64,000 nt of DNA from Malacoraja senta (taxonomy: Eukaryota): the NCBI GenBank assembly GCA_038087875.1, contig CM075978.1, positions 12,090,001-12,154,000 on the forward strand, given 5' to 3'. Shown piece by piece: positions 50,559 through 62,851 of the stretch; within the stretch, counting starts at the first letter, position 1, and the number at the start of each line of letters is the position of its first letter. The notes under the pieces were generated by a model. It ran no database searches. It worked only from the letters and a program-made list of their open reading frames with translations, and was not told where the DNA came from. Both the position numbers and the translations under genes were made by a program.

Positions 50559-51334
50559 TATATTGAGGGATATAGACCGAGTGTTGCGTGATGAGATTAT
50601 TACAGAAGGGTGTCTACTGGTTACTGTGGGTGAGTTGGGCCAAATGGCCTGTTTCCATGCCGTAAGGATCTATGAGTCCATGTGCCACTTCTAAGTATGT
50701 GCCCTGCAAGGAAAATATACCATGTTTGTGCTTTCCTTTCATAATCCATGCATATTCCTTGACATCTAATGACACAAAATGCTATAACTAATAAAGTTTC
50801 TATCTCACAGCTCCAGTGACGTGGGTTCAATCTTGACCTCCATTGCTTTGTATTGTGGAATGTGCATGTTTGTTCCGTGACCACATGGGTTTTCTCCAGT
50901 TGCTCCCGGTTTCCTCCCACATCCCAAAAACATGCAAGTTAGCAGGTTAATTAGACACTGTTAATTGTATGTGTGTAGGGGAGTAACAAAGTCTGGGGTG
51001 AGTGGTGGGGGTGAAGTTGATCTGAATGCGAGGAAAATAAAATGGGATTACGGTATGGTTTACATAAATGAGTAATGGTTGGCATGGATGTGATGGGCCA
51101 AATGGCCTGTTTCTGGGACTCCACCTAAGTGTATTGAAGAGTTAAAAGGGTCACATCAAAAGTCAAGAGTGTGTTATTGTCATATGTTCCGAAACGAACA
51201 ATGAATTCCTTACTTACAGCAACACTGCAGATATGTGAAGATAGTACTCTGTAAACACCATAATAAACAACAAAATAAAAATATATATTTATATATATAT
51301 ATATATATATATACTGTACATATGTGTGTGTCTG

Positions 51335-51354
51335 TCTGACTGTCTGTCTATCTG

Positions 51355-51430
<76 letters not shown>
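51335..51430. repeat. (TCTA)n microsatellite, preceded by (TA)n at ~51280-51312, within a Rex-type tail
   Basis: Directly visible tandem tetranucleotides. Confidence 0.95.
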
Positions 51431-52504
51431 AAAACAAACAAATATACAATAATAGTATAAAGACAAAAAATAATAATGCCCCCAAGTATGTATGGTTCGG
51501 AGCTTAGATGGAGGTTCGTTCGCTCGTGTATCAGACGACGTTCTGCCATCGCTTTGCCACAGCCAGTGCCACGTCTGTGCCTCTGTGGAGATTGTCTGCA
51601 GTGCATGCCTCTCCGCTGCAAGTCAGTAGGTGGGCCATTGTCTGTACCTTTCCACAGTTGTACTTCTTCAGGTTGAGTCCGCAATGTCCTACTCCAGTAC
51701 GGAGGCGGTTTAGGGCTTTCCAGGTAGTATAAGGCAGGTGGTGTCCTGGTGGAAATACTTAGGTAAATCACTTAGACTGGAAAATGCGTTGGCCAAAATG
51801 AGTACAACTGATTACCAGGATTATCAGGCATATTTTGTATTGGGCAGCAAAGCTTTTTCCCCCCATTAAGAATTATTCCCAGCACACTATTGGATTTATC
51901 AATAGCAATCGGCAGCTCAGCAACTACTGTGAGGATAGGTGTAAATATTTGTTCTACGAGTTTTTTGAGCTCCGTTAATTCTCCCCTCACAGTGGGTGAA
52001 CATGAGAACTATCTGGCTTTGCCTAAGTTGTGAAGGGCGCTATATAAAGGGAAGCTGTTGCTGTAATGGAGCATCAAATGCAGTGGTTCCCAGTTGTGGC
52101 CCTCAGGGATATTTGAGGAATTATTAACACATATGGGGATAATTTGATCAGCAATGCACAAGAGGTGTTAATATTTAGCAAGCGGCCGAGAACTGGGATT
52201 GTCAAAGAAACGTAAAGCACCCAAGTGTGATAAGCAATAGTGCTATAAACAATTTTTTTTAAATGCTCCTTTCCATACGCTTAAAATGCCTTACAGTAAA
52301 ACGCTTTGGAAATACAAAATAACCCTGGGAACCCAGAATAGGAAATACCACAGAAAATATCACTGCAGTGGACCCTTGTCTGCTTGGGTCATAAATGTAG
52401 CCAGAATTTAATAAAATGGTGTCCTTTGCACTACCTAGCGATAAGAACGTGGCTTGCACTTTTAAGATGGTTTACAAAATTGAACACAATTAACCAGGCA
52501 GGCG

Positions 52505-52535
52505 GAAAATTGACAGCTCCATAAATCACCGGTGG
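52505..52535. promoter_or_regulatory. Candidate MEIS plus PBX-HOX composite site
   Basis: TGACAG 52511-16, then 2 bp, then CCATAAATCA 52519-28 (= TGATTTATGG on the minus strand), in unique sequence. Confidence 0.45.
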
Positions 52536-53589
52536 TATCTACACCAGGGGCTTTCTTCTCCTGCCAGGATCTGGGTGGGAGTCGTGATGTCTGGGAAAAG
52601 TACAGACACAAGGACCTTAAGTTTACAAAGCCAAAGCTCACATGCCTCACCCCGAGCTCGAGCTCGCACTCAACCCATATTTCAGGAGCACTGTGACAGG
52701 CAATTGGAAGTCGATTTGCCAAACAGAGACTCCGAGCTATCATTAACCATTAGAATGCTGGATTCAATCATTTAGGCTCTGTGAGCAGTCAGAAAAGTGC
52801 CTGTCCGTCCACAAAAGTGCACCGTGTTTTTAAAATAAACAGTGCTTCATATTTAATCCCCAGCTGAGTTAACACGTTCAGCACGCTCACTTCCTGGGGA
52901 GAACACCTTGCACAAGATGCTTTAGTTCAATCACTCCCACATCCAGACAATATCACCGTCCTGACATTGCCTTTGCAGTGCAGACACTCACTATGTCTAG
53001 ACCACCATGCTCCTGTCTAGACAAATTCACTACATTCTTTGTAAAGATCGTTGCACCATCTCGGCAATATCACTGGCGCACATAGATTATATTAATGTAC
53101 TGTCCAGCAAACATCAGTCAACTGAATCATCCCACCACAACCAGAGAGCAGTGCTGAACTACTATCCATCTCTTTGGTGATCCTCGGACTATCCTTGAAC
53201 GGACAGTACTGGCTTTACCTTGCACTAAACATTATTCCTTTATCATGTATCTATACACTGTAATGGCTCAATTGTAATCATGTATTGTCTTTCTGCTGAC
53301 TGGATAGCACGCAACAAAAAAGCTTTTCACTCTACCTCGGTAAACATGACAACAAAAAAACGAAACTAACTGAACTAAATATTACATTCCTTTTCCACGC
53401 TATATCACTGTCTCCATCCAGACAAGATTATAGCTCAATTCAGACATTATCCTCTGGCAGGTATGTATTCAGCTCCCTGAGACAACAAAATCTCCTCCCC
53501 TGAAGGGACAATATCTTCTTGGTGGGACAGTGTCTCTCCCCCTTGATGGGACAACCTCTCTTGCCTCCCATAGACACCCCTCCACATAC

Positions 53590-54015
53590 AAAAATAGGTG
53601 CAGGAGTAGGCCATTCAGCCCTTCGAGCCAGCACTGCCATTCAATATGATCGTGGCTGATCGTCTAAAATCAGGAGCTTTTTCCCCATATCCCTTGATTC
53701 CCTTAGCCCTAAGAGCTAAATCTAACTCTCTCTTGGAAACATCCAGTGAATTGGCCTCCGCTGCCTTCTGTGGCAGAGAATTCCACAGATTCACAACTCT
53801 CTGGGTGAAAAAGTTTTTCCGCATCTCAGTCCTAACTGGCCTACCCCTTATTCTTAAACTGTGACCCCTGGTTCTGGACTCCACCAACATCGGGAACGTT
53901 TTTCCTGCATCTAGCCTGTCCAATCCTTTAAGAATTTTATATGTTTCTATGAGATCTCCCCTCATCCTAAATTCCAGCGAAGACAAGCCCAGTCGTCCCA
54001 TTCTTTCATCTCCCC
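53590..54015 (-). mobile_element. CR1/HER1-type LINE 3' fragment
   Basis: RMRGDLIETYKILKGLD..TRGHSLRI..FFTQRVVNLWNSLP. Confidence 0.9.
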
Positions 54016-55465
54016 ATACAATATACAATATCCTGTTTAGAGAGCATCCCTTCTCCATCCAAACACTATCATTTGTCACGGTCTGGACAATGCCACAATT
54101 CAAACATCATCGAAATCAAAAATAGACACAACAAGCTTGAGAAACTCAACCGGTCAGACAGTGTCTCTGGAGAAAAGGCATAGGTGACGTATCTGGTCGA
54201 GACCCTTCTTCAGACCTTCTTCATCATCTAAATCAAGGCAGGATCTGATAGTATATTAAGCACTTTAAAAATAAAGATACATTATCTATTTTTTCATTTA
54301 ATACCCAGTTCTACAATTCCACCTCCCCAAACTCTTGAGGTAGAGTGCAGAGTGTCATGGGATGACTTGTATGATGAGTTTCAGTTTTCCCACCCTCAAT
54401 GTGTGGAAAGGTCTACACCGCGCATTTCTGTAGTTACCATCAGGACATTTCAGAAATGTAAATCACAGGCAGAAGCTAACATTTGTACCTCCCTGCCATG
54501 GCCCTGAAGGTACAATCTTTCATTTGCAGGCGAGTTTTGCAAGCCATGTCCAATTGCTTGGGCACAAGGTGATGGGCTTTCTTCATCATTAGTTTTACAG
54601 CAGATATAATTGACAGGCCCCTTTAGACATCTGTAACCACCCAGTGTGAACTAGAGTTGCTCAAGGCCAGTTCAGATACAGGCGACAGCTTTCATTTCCC
54701 AAGTGGGTGTTTGCAATAAAGAAAACATTTTCCTTCCTGCGCTCTGATATCATTAAATTCAGTTACAGTGTGGTACACACACTAGTGGCTGTATAGGGGC
54801 AATGGTGTTATCTAGAGTGGGGGGTGAAAGGACACGAAGTGTTCAATAGCTCAATGGTTTCTTTATTATCACATGTACCGTGTACAGGCCATGTGGACCG
54901 GGTAGAGTGATATACGTTTTTTTGGGCGTACAGCACAGCAAAACTATTTCCGTACAAAAGCGCAAGCACCCCAGTCAGTACAGTATGCACAGAAACAGCC
55001 CACTGAGCCCATATGCAGGAGGCGCCAAGAGTGCTACAGTAACTCAACTGGTCAGGCAACATTTCTGCCTGGAGAGATGGGAGAGATGCTGCCTGACCTG
55101 TTCTCCAGCGCTTTGTGTCCTTTTGTGTATTAACCAGTAGCTGCAGTTCTTTGTTTCTACAGGGGAAGGTGGGAGGAAGGGGGGAGGAATATTGTCCAGC
55201 AATGGGATATACATTGTCTCCATAGGTGAAGCAATATTGTCCGGGTGAAGGAGAGGATGCTTTCTTGACACGAGAGTGGGTTTTACCCATAAAAGGGAAG
55301 GGTATTGTCCAGACAGGGAGAGCATGATAGCTGGATGGGGGCAATGATACCGTCTGGACAGAGATGGAGATATTGTCCTGGGCTGGAGGAGATATCACCA
55401 TATGTGATAGAGGGTATCGCCTGGACAGCACATGCGCTCTATTTATGTTAAGACAGGAGTAGGGT

Positions 55466-55763
55466 TGTTTAGTTTAGTTTAGTTTAGAGATACAATGTGC
55501 AAACAAGGTCTTTGGCCCACCGAGTCCACGCCGATCACCGAACGCTAGGGGCACATTAGGGGCAATTTACAATTATACCAAGCCAATTAACCTACACACC
55601 TGTACGTCTTTGGAGTGTAGGAGGAAACCGAAGATCTCAGAGAAAACACACGCAGGTCACAGGGAGAACGTACAAACTCTGTACAGACTGCACCTGTGGT
55701 CAGGATCGATCCCGGGTCTCTGCGCAGTAAGGCAGCAGCTCCACCGCTGAGCCATCGTGCCGC
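55466..55763 (-). mobile_element. HE1-type V-SINE
   Basis: Head, V-domain, (CTAAA)n tail. Confidence 0.87.
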
Positions 55764-56737
55764 CACCTAAGTGTGGGGATGTTGCTTGATCAATGGAATG
55801 CATAGGCTCGGAGAGCAGATATTGTCAAGCAAGGGTCTTCATTGCCCCAACCATCAGTGAAACCTCCTCACCACTATATCATTTTGTATTTAAACTTTGC
55901 TCATTTTTACAAACAGTACCTCAATAAATCAGTTTAAAAAAATTCTATTTGACGACAAGGAATTTTGCAATCCCACGTCATTGAAATACAAAACGGTACG
56001 GCTATGCTTTCCATTGAGTGTAATATTTTGAATTATTCATTGTGGGATTAAATGACCATGATCATGCTCTCCAACGTCATTTTTTCTCATATTGGCAGCC
56101 CTGGAATTCAACTGTGAACTTTTGAAATTTTTAACTATACAAACAAGCATGATAATTCTTCGTGTTTATAGTAACTGTCTGCACTTGCAGCTCAGGAAAT
56201 GACATTTATGTTATAAAAATATACCACCGACATTTTCATATCTTTATTAGGTTCGTGCATTGCCCTTTTAGCTTTATTACAGCTACTGTAAACGAAGAAC
56301 GTTCACCTCATTTTGGTTTCACGCAAGACTTTGGTATTAATTGCCACAGAAGGCTGTGGAGGCCAGGTCAATGGATATATTTAAGGCAGAAATAGATAGA
56401 TTATTGATTAGTACAGGTGTCAGGGGTTATGGGGAGAAGGCAGGAGAATGGAGTTACGAGGGAGAGATAGATCAGCCATGAATGAATTGCAGAGTGGGCT
56501 TACACTATACCTGAATGGCCTAATTCTGCTCCTATCACTTATGACCTTACAAAGACAACTTATCAACCCTTTTAAAGGGAAATTTGGGAATACATCTTAC
56601 TTGACCCTTCATTCCCAAAGCTTTTCACTTAGAAACAGAAGGGTCAATACTCTGATGAGCATCGATTAGGCTGTTTTGATAGCCATCATTCTCAGGAACA
56701 GCTTCGGAAAATCTAAGCTTTTAACTTCATTTTAGAC

Positions 56738-57073
56738 AAGATAGACACAAAATGCTGGAGTAACTCAGCAGGACAAGTAGCATATCTGGAGAAAAGGAAT
56801 GGGTGCCGGGTGAATGGGTGACACCTTCTCCTAGCTAACAATGATCTATTCTACATTACCCTTGAACCTCATTCCTTTTGATGTCTCATATTCACACCTT
56901 ACACTGCCTTATCTCTGTGTCTCCCTCTCCCCTGACTCTCAGTCTGAAAAAGGGTCTCAACCCGTAACGTCACCCATTCTATTTCTCCAGAGATGATGCC
57001 TGTCCCACTGAGTCCCTCCAGCATTTGGCGTCTATCTTCAGTGTAAACCAGCATCTGCAGTTCCTTCCTACAC
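56738..57073. repeat. Inverted Penelope terminal-repeat pair with a degenerate hammerhead motif (56944)
   Basis: Minus-oriented piece 56738-56823 followed by plus-oriented repeat 56823-57073. Confidence 0.8.
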
Positions 57074-57824
57074 CTTCGTTATAATTGTTGCTTTTTTGAG
57101 TGAAACATGAAACGTTCTTCACAGGGGGTTATAAAAAAAACGAATGGAAATACAGCACAAATGCATTCTCCCGGGTCATTCTAACATTAAGGTTATAGGA
57201 GTCTGTTGTGTCAAACTAACTGCTGCACATACTGTATAGTATCAAAAACATTTTTTTTTGTCACTAAAACATTTTGCTTTACGGGTCATAAAAAGTATGA
57301 AATAAAGGCTAGTACCTTCTGGTGATGAGTCCCATTGTGAGTCTGTTGACTGAGGAGATCTTGCTGTGATGCTCCTTGCCTGGTTTGGTTTTAGGCTCAG
57401 GTTTTGGTTTTATTGTTATTGTCACGTGCACTAAGGTTCAGTGATAAACTTTGTTTGCATGCTATCCAGTCAAATCGTACAATACATAAATACAACCAAG
57501 TCATACACAGGTACAACAGGCAGTGCAAAGAGAAATCACCAGAGAACAAAACATAGCATTTCAGCATTATAGTGTTTCAGCTACAGAGAAAGTACAGATT
57601 TTTTTTTAAAGTGCAAGAATCACAATTAACTACCCCATTTTACTTCGGAGTCACGTGAGTGACTACGTGAAGAAGCCCGTCAGTGCGCCTGCGCGTCATT
57701 ACGTCAGACGCCTTGACGCAAACGGACGTGAGGAGCAGTGCTCCTCGAGTGGTTTGTAGTTTTTCAACTACAAGGTAAGTAAAAACTTTTTTACAGGTTT
57801 TCCAGGTCCGTTTACTGTGGGTCT

Positions 57825-59040
57825 ATGGCGATTTTTTCCACAGACGCCATGGGAAAAAACGGACAGGGGGAAGAGGCGAGCGACATAGCCGACAGAAGTC
57901 GGGAAAGTCGGGAGTCCGCGGTTAGAGACCAACCGCCTCTAAACCCCGGTACAGTCGCCAGCGGTGAGCATAGCGACTGTGGACCTGGGGCTGGTGAAAA
58001 CACAGTCAGTGCCTGTCGGGCAAAAGACAAAGTTTAAATCCCAACGGAGGGAGTCCCAGGCAATGAAGAAGCTCCAGGGCTAGATACTGCTTTAGAGCGT
58101 ATTGCTCAAATAGAAAGCCTTTTACACAGGCTGTTGGAGCAACGTTCACTCAGTGAGGAGTGTTCTGAAAGACAAGCTGCTGGAAACAGCTCAAACAGCT
58201 CCTGGTACAGGGCTAGATACTGCTTTCGAGCGTATTGCCCAAATAGAAACCTTTTTCATAGGTTGTTGGAGCAAAAGTTCACTCAGGAAGGAGTGTACTG
58301 TAATCCAAGCTGCAGGAGCAGCTTAACAGCACCTGGCTCAGGGCTGATGGAATGCACCCTCAGGAATGAGGAGCGTGCTACGGGTCATGAGATTTCAGAC
58401 CCCGACTCTGATGGTGAGGCTGTACAAGGCGATGAAAAGCAGCTCCCAGATGTTCCAACCCTGGTAGTAGGATTCGCTGCCCCGTCAGGGTCAGGAGAGC
58501 CATTAGGAAGAACTGGCCTCCTTAATAAATTACTTGGTTTACCATTAGCTGGAACAGCATGAAATGGATGAGACTGCAAGAGTATCTGGAATCAGTTGCA
58601 GAGAATATTAAAGCTGCTGGGTTCTGGAATAACTGCTTTTACCAGAATAGCAGGTAACAACCAAAAGATGACGAAGTTGCATCAGCAAGCACTGGGGTTG
58701 CTATGCAGCACCCACTTCGAGAAGTGCTATACGGTCTACTATGAATCCGAAATTCGCAGCACTCTGCAAACCAAGTAATATACAAATTACCCAACTTACT
58801 CTTTGGAGAGATCTCGGGAGACGTATTAAAGAGTTGGAAGATGAAGCGAAAACAGGATTGATGAAGACATCAATGGTTGTGAAGTCTGTAAAGAGGAAGT
58901 ATCCTTTCAGACGTCATACGGATCCTGGACCAAGTCGCTCATCAACGCAGGGACGTAGTTGGCGGCCTGCAGCGGGAGCAAGAACCAGTGGGCGTGCTTC
59001 CGGGAGAACCCAGGAATCTCAGGGTACTGAAATGACTCAA
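57825..59040 (+). pseudogene. DIRS ORF1 (gag-like), disrupted
   Basis: Position upstream of RT; low-complexity N-terminus; internal duplication; stops and frameshifts. Confidence 0.65.
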
Positions 59041-59089
59041 GAGGTAGGTGGACCTGGTTCTCATGGGAACATACTAACTGGATTAAGTC

Positions 59090-60500
59090 CAAAAGTTGGA
59101 GGCAGGTTACATTTCTTCTATAATAATTGGAAGAAAATTACTTCAGATGTGGTAATCCTGAATAATATACAAGGATTTCGAATTGAATTCAATCCAAATT
59201 ATGATTTGCCTGTTCAGCATGTTCCTAGCCGAACTCTGCACTTTGTACAAAAAGAAGTGATGGAGGTTCAGGTTGCAATTGAAACCCTATATAAAAAAGG
59301 GGTTATTGAAAAATCAGTCTACCAAAGTCACCAAATTGTGTCAAAAATATTCCCTCGATCAAAAAAGGATGGAGGATGTAGGATTCTTGTAGATTTGATA
59401 AATCTGAATCCTTTTGTGCAATTTAGACATTTTAAAATGGAAACATTTGTGACTGCCAAACAGCTTATTTCAGAAGCATGTTATATGGCAACTATAGACT
59501 TGAAAGATGCATATTAGTCAGTGTCTGTTCATTCACAAGATAGGAAGTATCTTAAATTTAAATGGATGAACCAGTTGTGGCAGTTCAAAGCTCTGCCTAA
59601 TGGGTTAATATCTGCACTCAGAATATTCACAAAAATTGTTAAAACCAATTCTGGGCTTGCTGAATAGCCAGGGGCATGTACTAATGGCATATTTGGATGA
59701 TGTCTTCATTATAGGAAAGACAAAACAGTCAACAGAAGTATCTGTTGCAGTTGTGAAATCAATTTTTGAAAAGTTGGGGTTTCTAATTCATCCACAGAAA
59801 TCTAGGTTAACACCATGTACCTCTATTAATTATTTGGGGTTCACAATTGATTCAGTCCAAATGAATATCACTTTGCACAGGGAAAAGGGTGGATTTGATT
59901 AAAGATTGCAGTAATCTCCTAAACGAGCAAAAACCTTCAATTAGACAGGTGGCTCGTGTACTGGGAAAATTAGTAGCAGCATTCCCAGCAGTCCAATTTG
60001 GACCATTACATTATCAACAGCTGCAGAGACTTAAAGAACAGGCACCGAGAATGCATGTTGGTCATTTTGATAGAACCATGCAACTAACAACAAATGCTGT
60101 TTCTGGTCTGCAGTAGTGGATTCTACATGTCTCAAGCAGTTCCAGCAAAGTGCTGATTGAACAACCTTCCATGATATTACAAACTGATGCCAGTGCACCA
60201 GGATGGGGTGCAACTGACTTAACGTCTAGCTGAGGAGGCAGATGGAATCAGGAAGAGTCATTGTTACTGCAGACATGGGGAATTAACTATTTGGAGCTTC
60301 TAGGATGTTTCTATGGGCTCCAAGCTTATTGTTCTAACACAACTAATAAGCATGTTCAAGTTCAAATTGATAACACAACAGTAGTTGTTTATATTAATGA
60401 TATGGAATTAAGTCGGTGTCTTGTGACAATATGGTTAATCAACTTTGGGCTTGGTGTATTGAAAAGAACATTTGGATTTCAGCTATCTATCTACCAGGTA
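59090..60500 (+). pseudogene. DIRS reverse transcriptase and RNase H, disrupted
   Basis: GGRLHFF..W, KKDGGCRILVDL..LN, HFKMET, IDLKDAY*, LPNGL, YLDD, YLGF; RNase H TDAS..GWGA, INYLEL, IDNTTVV.YIN. Confidence 0.93.
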
Positions 60501-60950
60501 GAATGAACGATAGCAGACACCAAGTCACGAAAAGTTCCATGATAATAAAGAATGGATGTTGAATCAAGAGGTATTCAATGATATAGTCATCAGATTTGGA
60601 ATGACCGACATCGACTTGAATCATCAGCTATCGAGATATGTCTCATGGAAACCAGATCCAGGAGCAGTGGCGATTGATGCTTTCTCGCTACATTGGGGTG
60701 GTATGTTTTCATATATATTTCCACCTTTCTGCCTCATAAGCCAATGTTTGCTTAAAATCAGGCAAGATGCTACTTCAAGGGTATTGGTAGTACCAGATTG
60801 GCCTACACAGCCATGGTATCCGTTGATATTAGAATTAACAACACAAATGTTGATGAAAGTCCCAAAAAAGAGTAATTTATTGCTGCTCCCTGTACAGGGG
60901 AACAACATCCATTATATGATCGTTTGGATTTGTTGATTTGCAGGTTTTAA
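60500..60950 (+). pseudogene. DIRS DNA N6-adenine methyltransferase-like domain
   Basis: DAFSLHW..YIFPPF.LI..L.KI..VLVVPDWPTQPWYP. Confidence 0.85.
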
Positions 60951-60952
60951 GA

Positions 60953-61915
60953 ATGCCTTTTCTGGGACGAGGACTGTCTGAGCATACTGTGGACATGCTT
61001 ACGGCAGCCTGGAGGAAGAGCACTCAAAAACAGTACCTTTCTTATATTAAGAAATGGGAAAAGTTCTGGGTACAAAAGAATGTGCAATAAAGTACTGCAG
61101 ATATTTCAAATGTTTAGAATTTCTGTCAAAACTTTATTATGATGAAGGTCTGAGTTATAGTGTAATTAATTCAGCCAGAAGTGCATTGTCCTCATATTTG
61201 GTTCTGGATTCAGAAAGAAACTCAATTGGGTCACACCCAATTGTTTCCAGACTAATGAAAGGAATCTTTAATTCCAAACCACCGAAACCTAGGTACGTGA
61301 CAATCTGGGATGTAAGTGTGGTACTGAAACTACTTCGTGATGGTTATCAAGTGTGTCTTTACCTTTGGTCAAGCTCAGTATGAAAGTATTCATGTTTATG
61401 GCATGAGTGACAGCACAACGAGTGCAAACACTTGGAAAATTACAAATAGATAGTATGGAAGTAACTGAAGACAAAGTTACATTCTATATCTATGACCTAA
61501 TAAAGCAAATTAGGCCAGGTGTGACAGGATTTAAAATTATGCTGGCAGCATATCCAAATGATCCATGTCTTTGTATTAAGACATATTTATTACAATACAT
61601 TGAGGTCACAAAGAATTTGAGAATACGGAAACTGGGTTTTTGATCACACACAAGAAACCACACAAGAGAGTTTCAATACAGACTATTTCCAGATGGATAA
61701 AAGAAGTCTTAACAGCTGCTGGTATTAACACTTATGTTTTTACGTCTCACTCGACTAGGACAGCAGAAATGTCGGCGGCCAGGGCAAAAGACGGCCCCGT
61801 CGACCATATCCTCGCAGCCGCCGGGTGGTCCAATGAGTTGATGTTTCAACATTTTTACCATCGGCCTATTGTTAATGCGGGGTTGTTTGCAGAAACTATT
61901 TTAAGTTCTGTGTAA
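60953..61915 (+). pseudogene. DIRS tyrosine recombinase, frameshifted
   Basis: AWRKSTQKQY..W, ARSALS, AQRVQ (R), HSTR (HxxR), AAGWS (W), HFY (Y). Confidence 0.92.
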
Positions 61916-62083
61916 ATTCCTCTGGTTTAAAGGGGATCTGATTCATTTCATTCTTGAAATGAATTACTGCATTTGTGGTACAAATGTTATTATGAATGCA
62001 TGATTGATTATTCTCGTTCCGAGTCAATCTATGCAGTGAGAAGCCGGGATTGATCCACGGCATGAAATCACAAAGCTTTAAAA

Positions 62084-62197
62084 TCTTCACGTAGTCACTC
62101 ACGTGACTCCGAAGTAAAATAGTAAGATTAAACGAGAACGTACCTAAGTTTGAAGTTTGATCTTTATTTTATGAGGAGTTACGTAGGTGATTACGTG
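62084..62197. repeat. DIRS internal complementary region (ICR)
   Basis: 62084-62119 is the reverse complement of 57638-57673; 62120-62197 is the reverse complement of 62350-62434 (one 7-bp unit and one base differ). Confidence 0.95.
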
Positions 62198-62509
62198 CCC
62201 GCCACGACCCTACCCTCTATCATAAAGGTCAGATGGAAGTTCTTGTATTATTCGTTTTAGTATGAGACTATATTACTTCGGTTCTTGTTTTTTGTGATTT
62301 CACACCACTGCTTTGAAGATTGACGCGCAGGCGCACTGACGGGCTTCTTCACGTAATCACCTACGTAACTCCTCATAAAATAAAGATCAAACTTCAAACT
62401 TCAAACTTAGGTAAGTTCTCGTTTAATCTTACTATTCTCCTGCCTTCTCCCCATAACACCTGACAGCCTTACTCATCAAGAATCTCTCAAACTCCACCTT
62501 AAAAATATC

Positions 62510-62851
62510 GGTAGACACTAAATGTTGAACTCAGCAGGACAGGCAACATCTCTGTAGAGAAGGAATGGGTGACGTTTCGCATCGAGACCCTTCTTCAGAC
62601 TCTTTCAGAGGGCAGGAGGAATCACAGAGGGGGAGCAGTGAGAGAGGATGTTGCTGAACTCTCGTCGGAAAGCGGAGGAGAACTTCTTCAAAGTATACCT
62701 TGATGAGATTTTGCAGTGGAACTGCAGATGTTGGTTTAAATCGGAGGTAGACACAAAATGCTGGAGTACCTCAGTGGGACAGGCTACATCTCTGGAGAGA
62801 CGGATTGGGAGACGTTTCGGGTCGAGACCCTTCTTCAGACTGGGTCATTCA
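62510..62851 (-). mobile_element. 342-bp non-autonomous Penelope-derived unit with two tandem hammerhead motifs
   Basis: TSD taaaaatatc at 62500-09 and 62852-61, inside a CR1 fragment; GUC sites at 62811 and 62571. Confidence 0.82.
62806..62842 (-). ncRNA. Minimal hammerhead ribozyme motif (intact core)
   Basis: Minus strand reads cagt-CTGAAGA-a-gggtctcgaccc-GAAA-cg-TC. Confidence 0.65.

Larger units (their letters stand above)
57637..62436 (+). mobile_element. DIRS1-type tyrosine-recombinase retrotransposon, both termini intact, ORFs disrupted
   Basis: ITR 57664-57698 vs 62321-62355; ICR 62084-62197 complementary to both termini; ORF order gag-like, RT, RNase H, MT, YR; ATT at both ends. 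Confidence 0.95.

Noticed and set aside
51772-51990. Host exon candidates in unique sequence (also 5429-5734, 14791-14991, 17679-17915)
   Set aside because: No recognisable protein motif or convincing splice-site pair; small exons cannot be excluded without RNA-seq or homology search
52935-53580. CRISPR-like repeat-spacer array
   Set aside because: Units are short, degenerate and irregularly spaced, there are no cas genes, and the context is eukaryotic
58741-61915. RT + RNase H + adenine methyltransferase + tyrosine recombinase cluster as a novel prokaryotic (retron/phage-like) system
   Set aside because: Domain order, ITRs and ICR are exactly those of known eukaryotic DIRS1 retrotransposons
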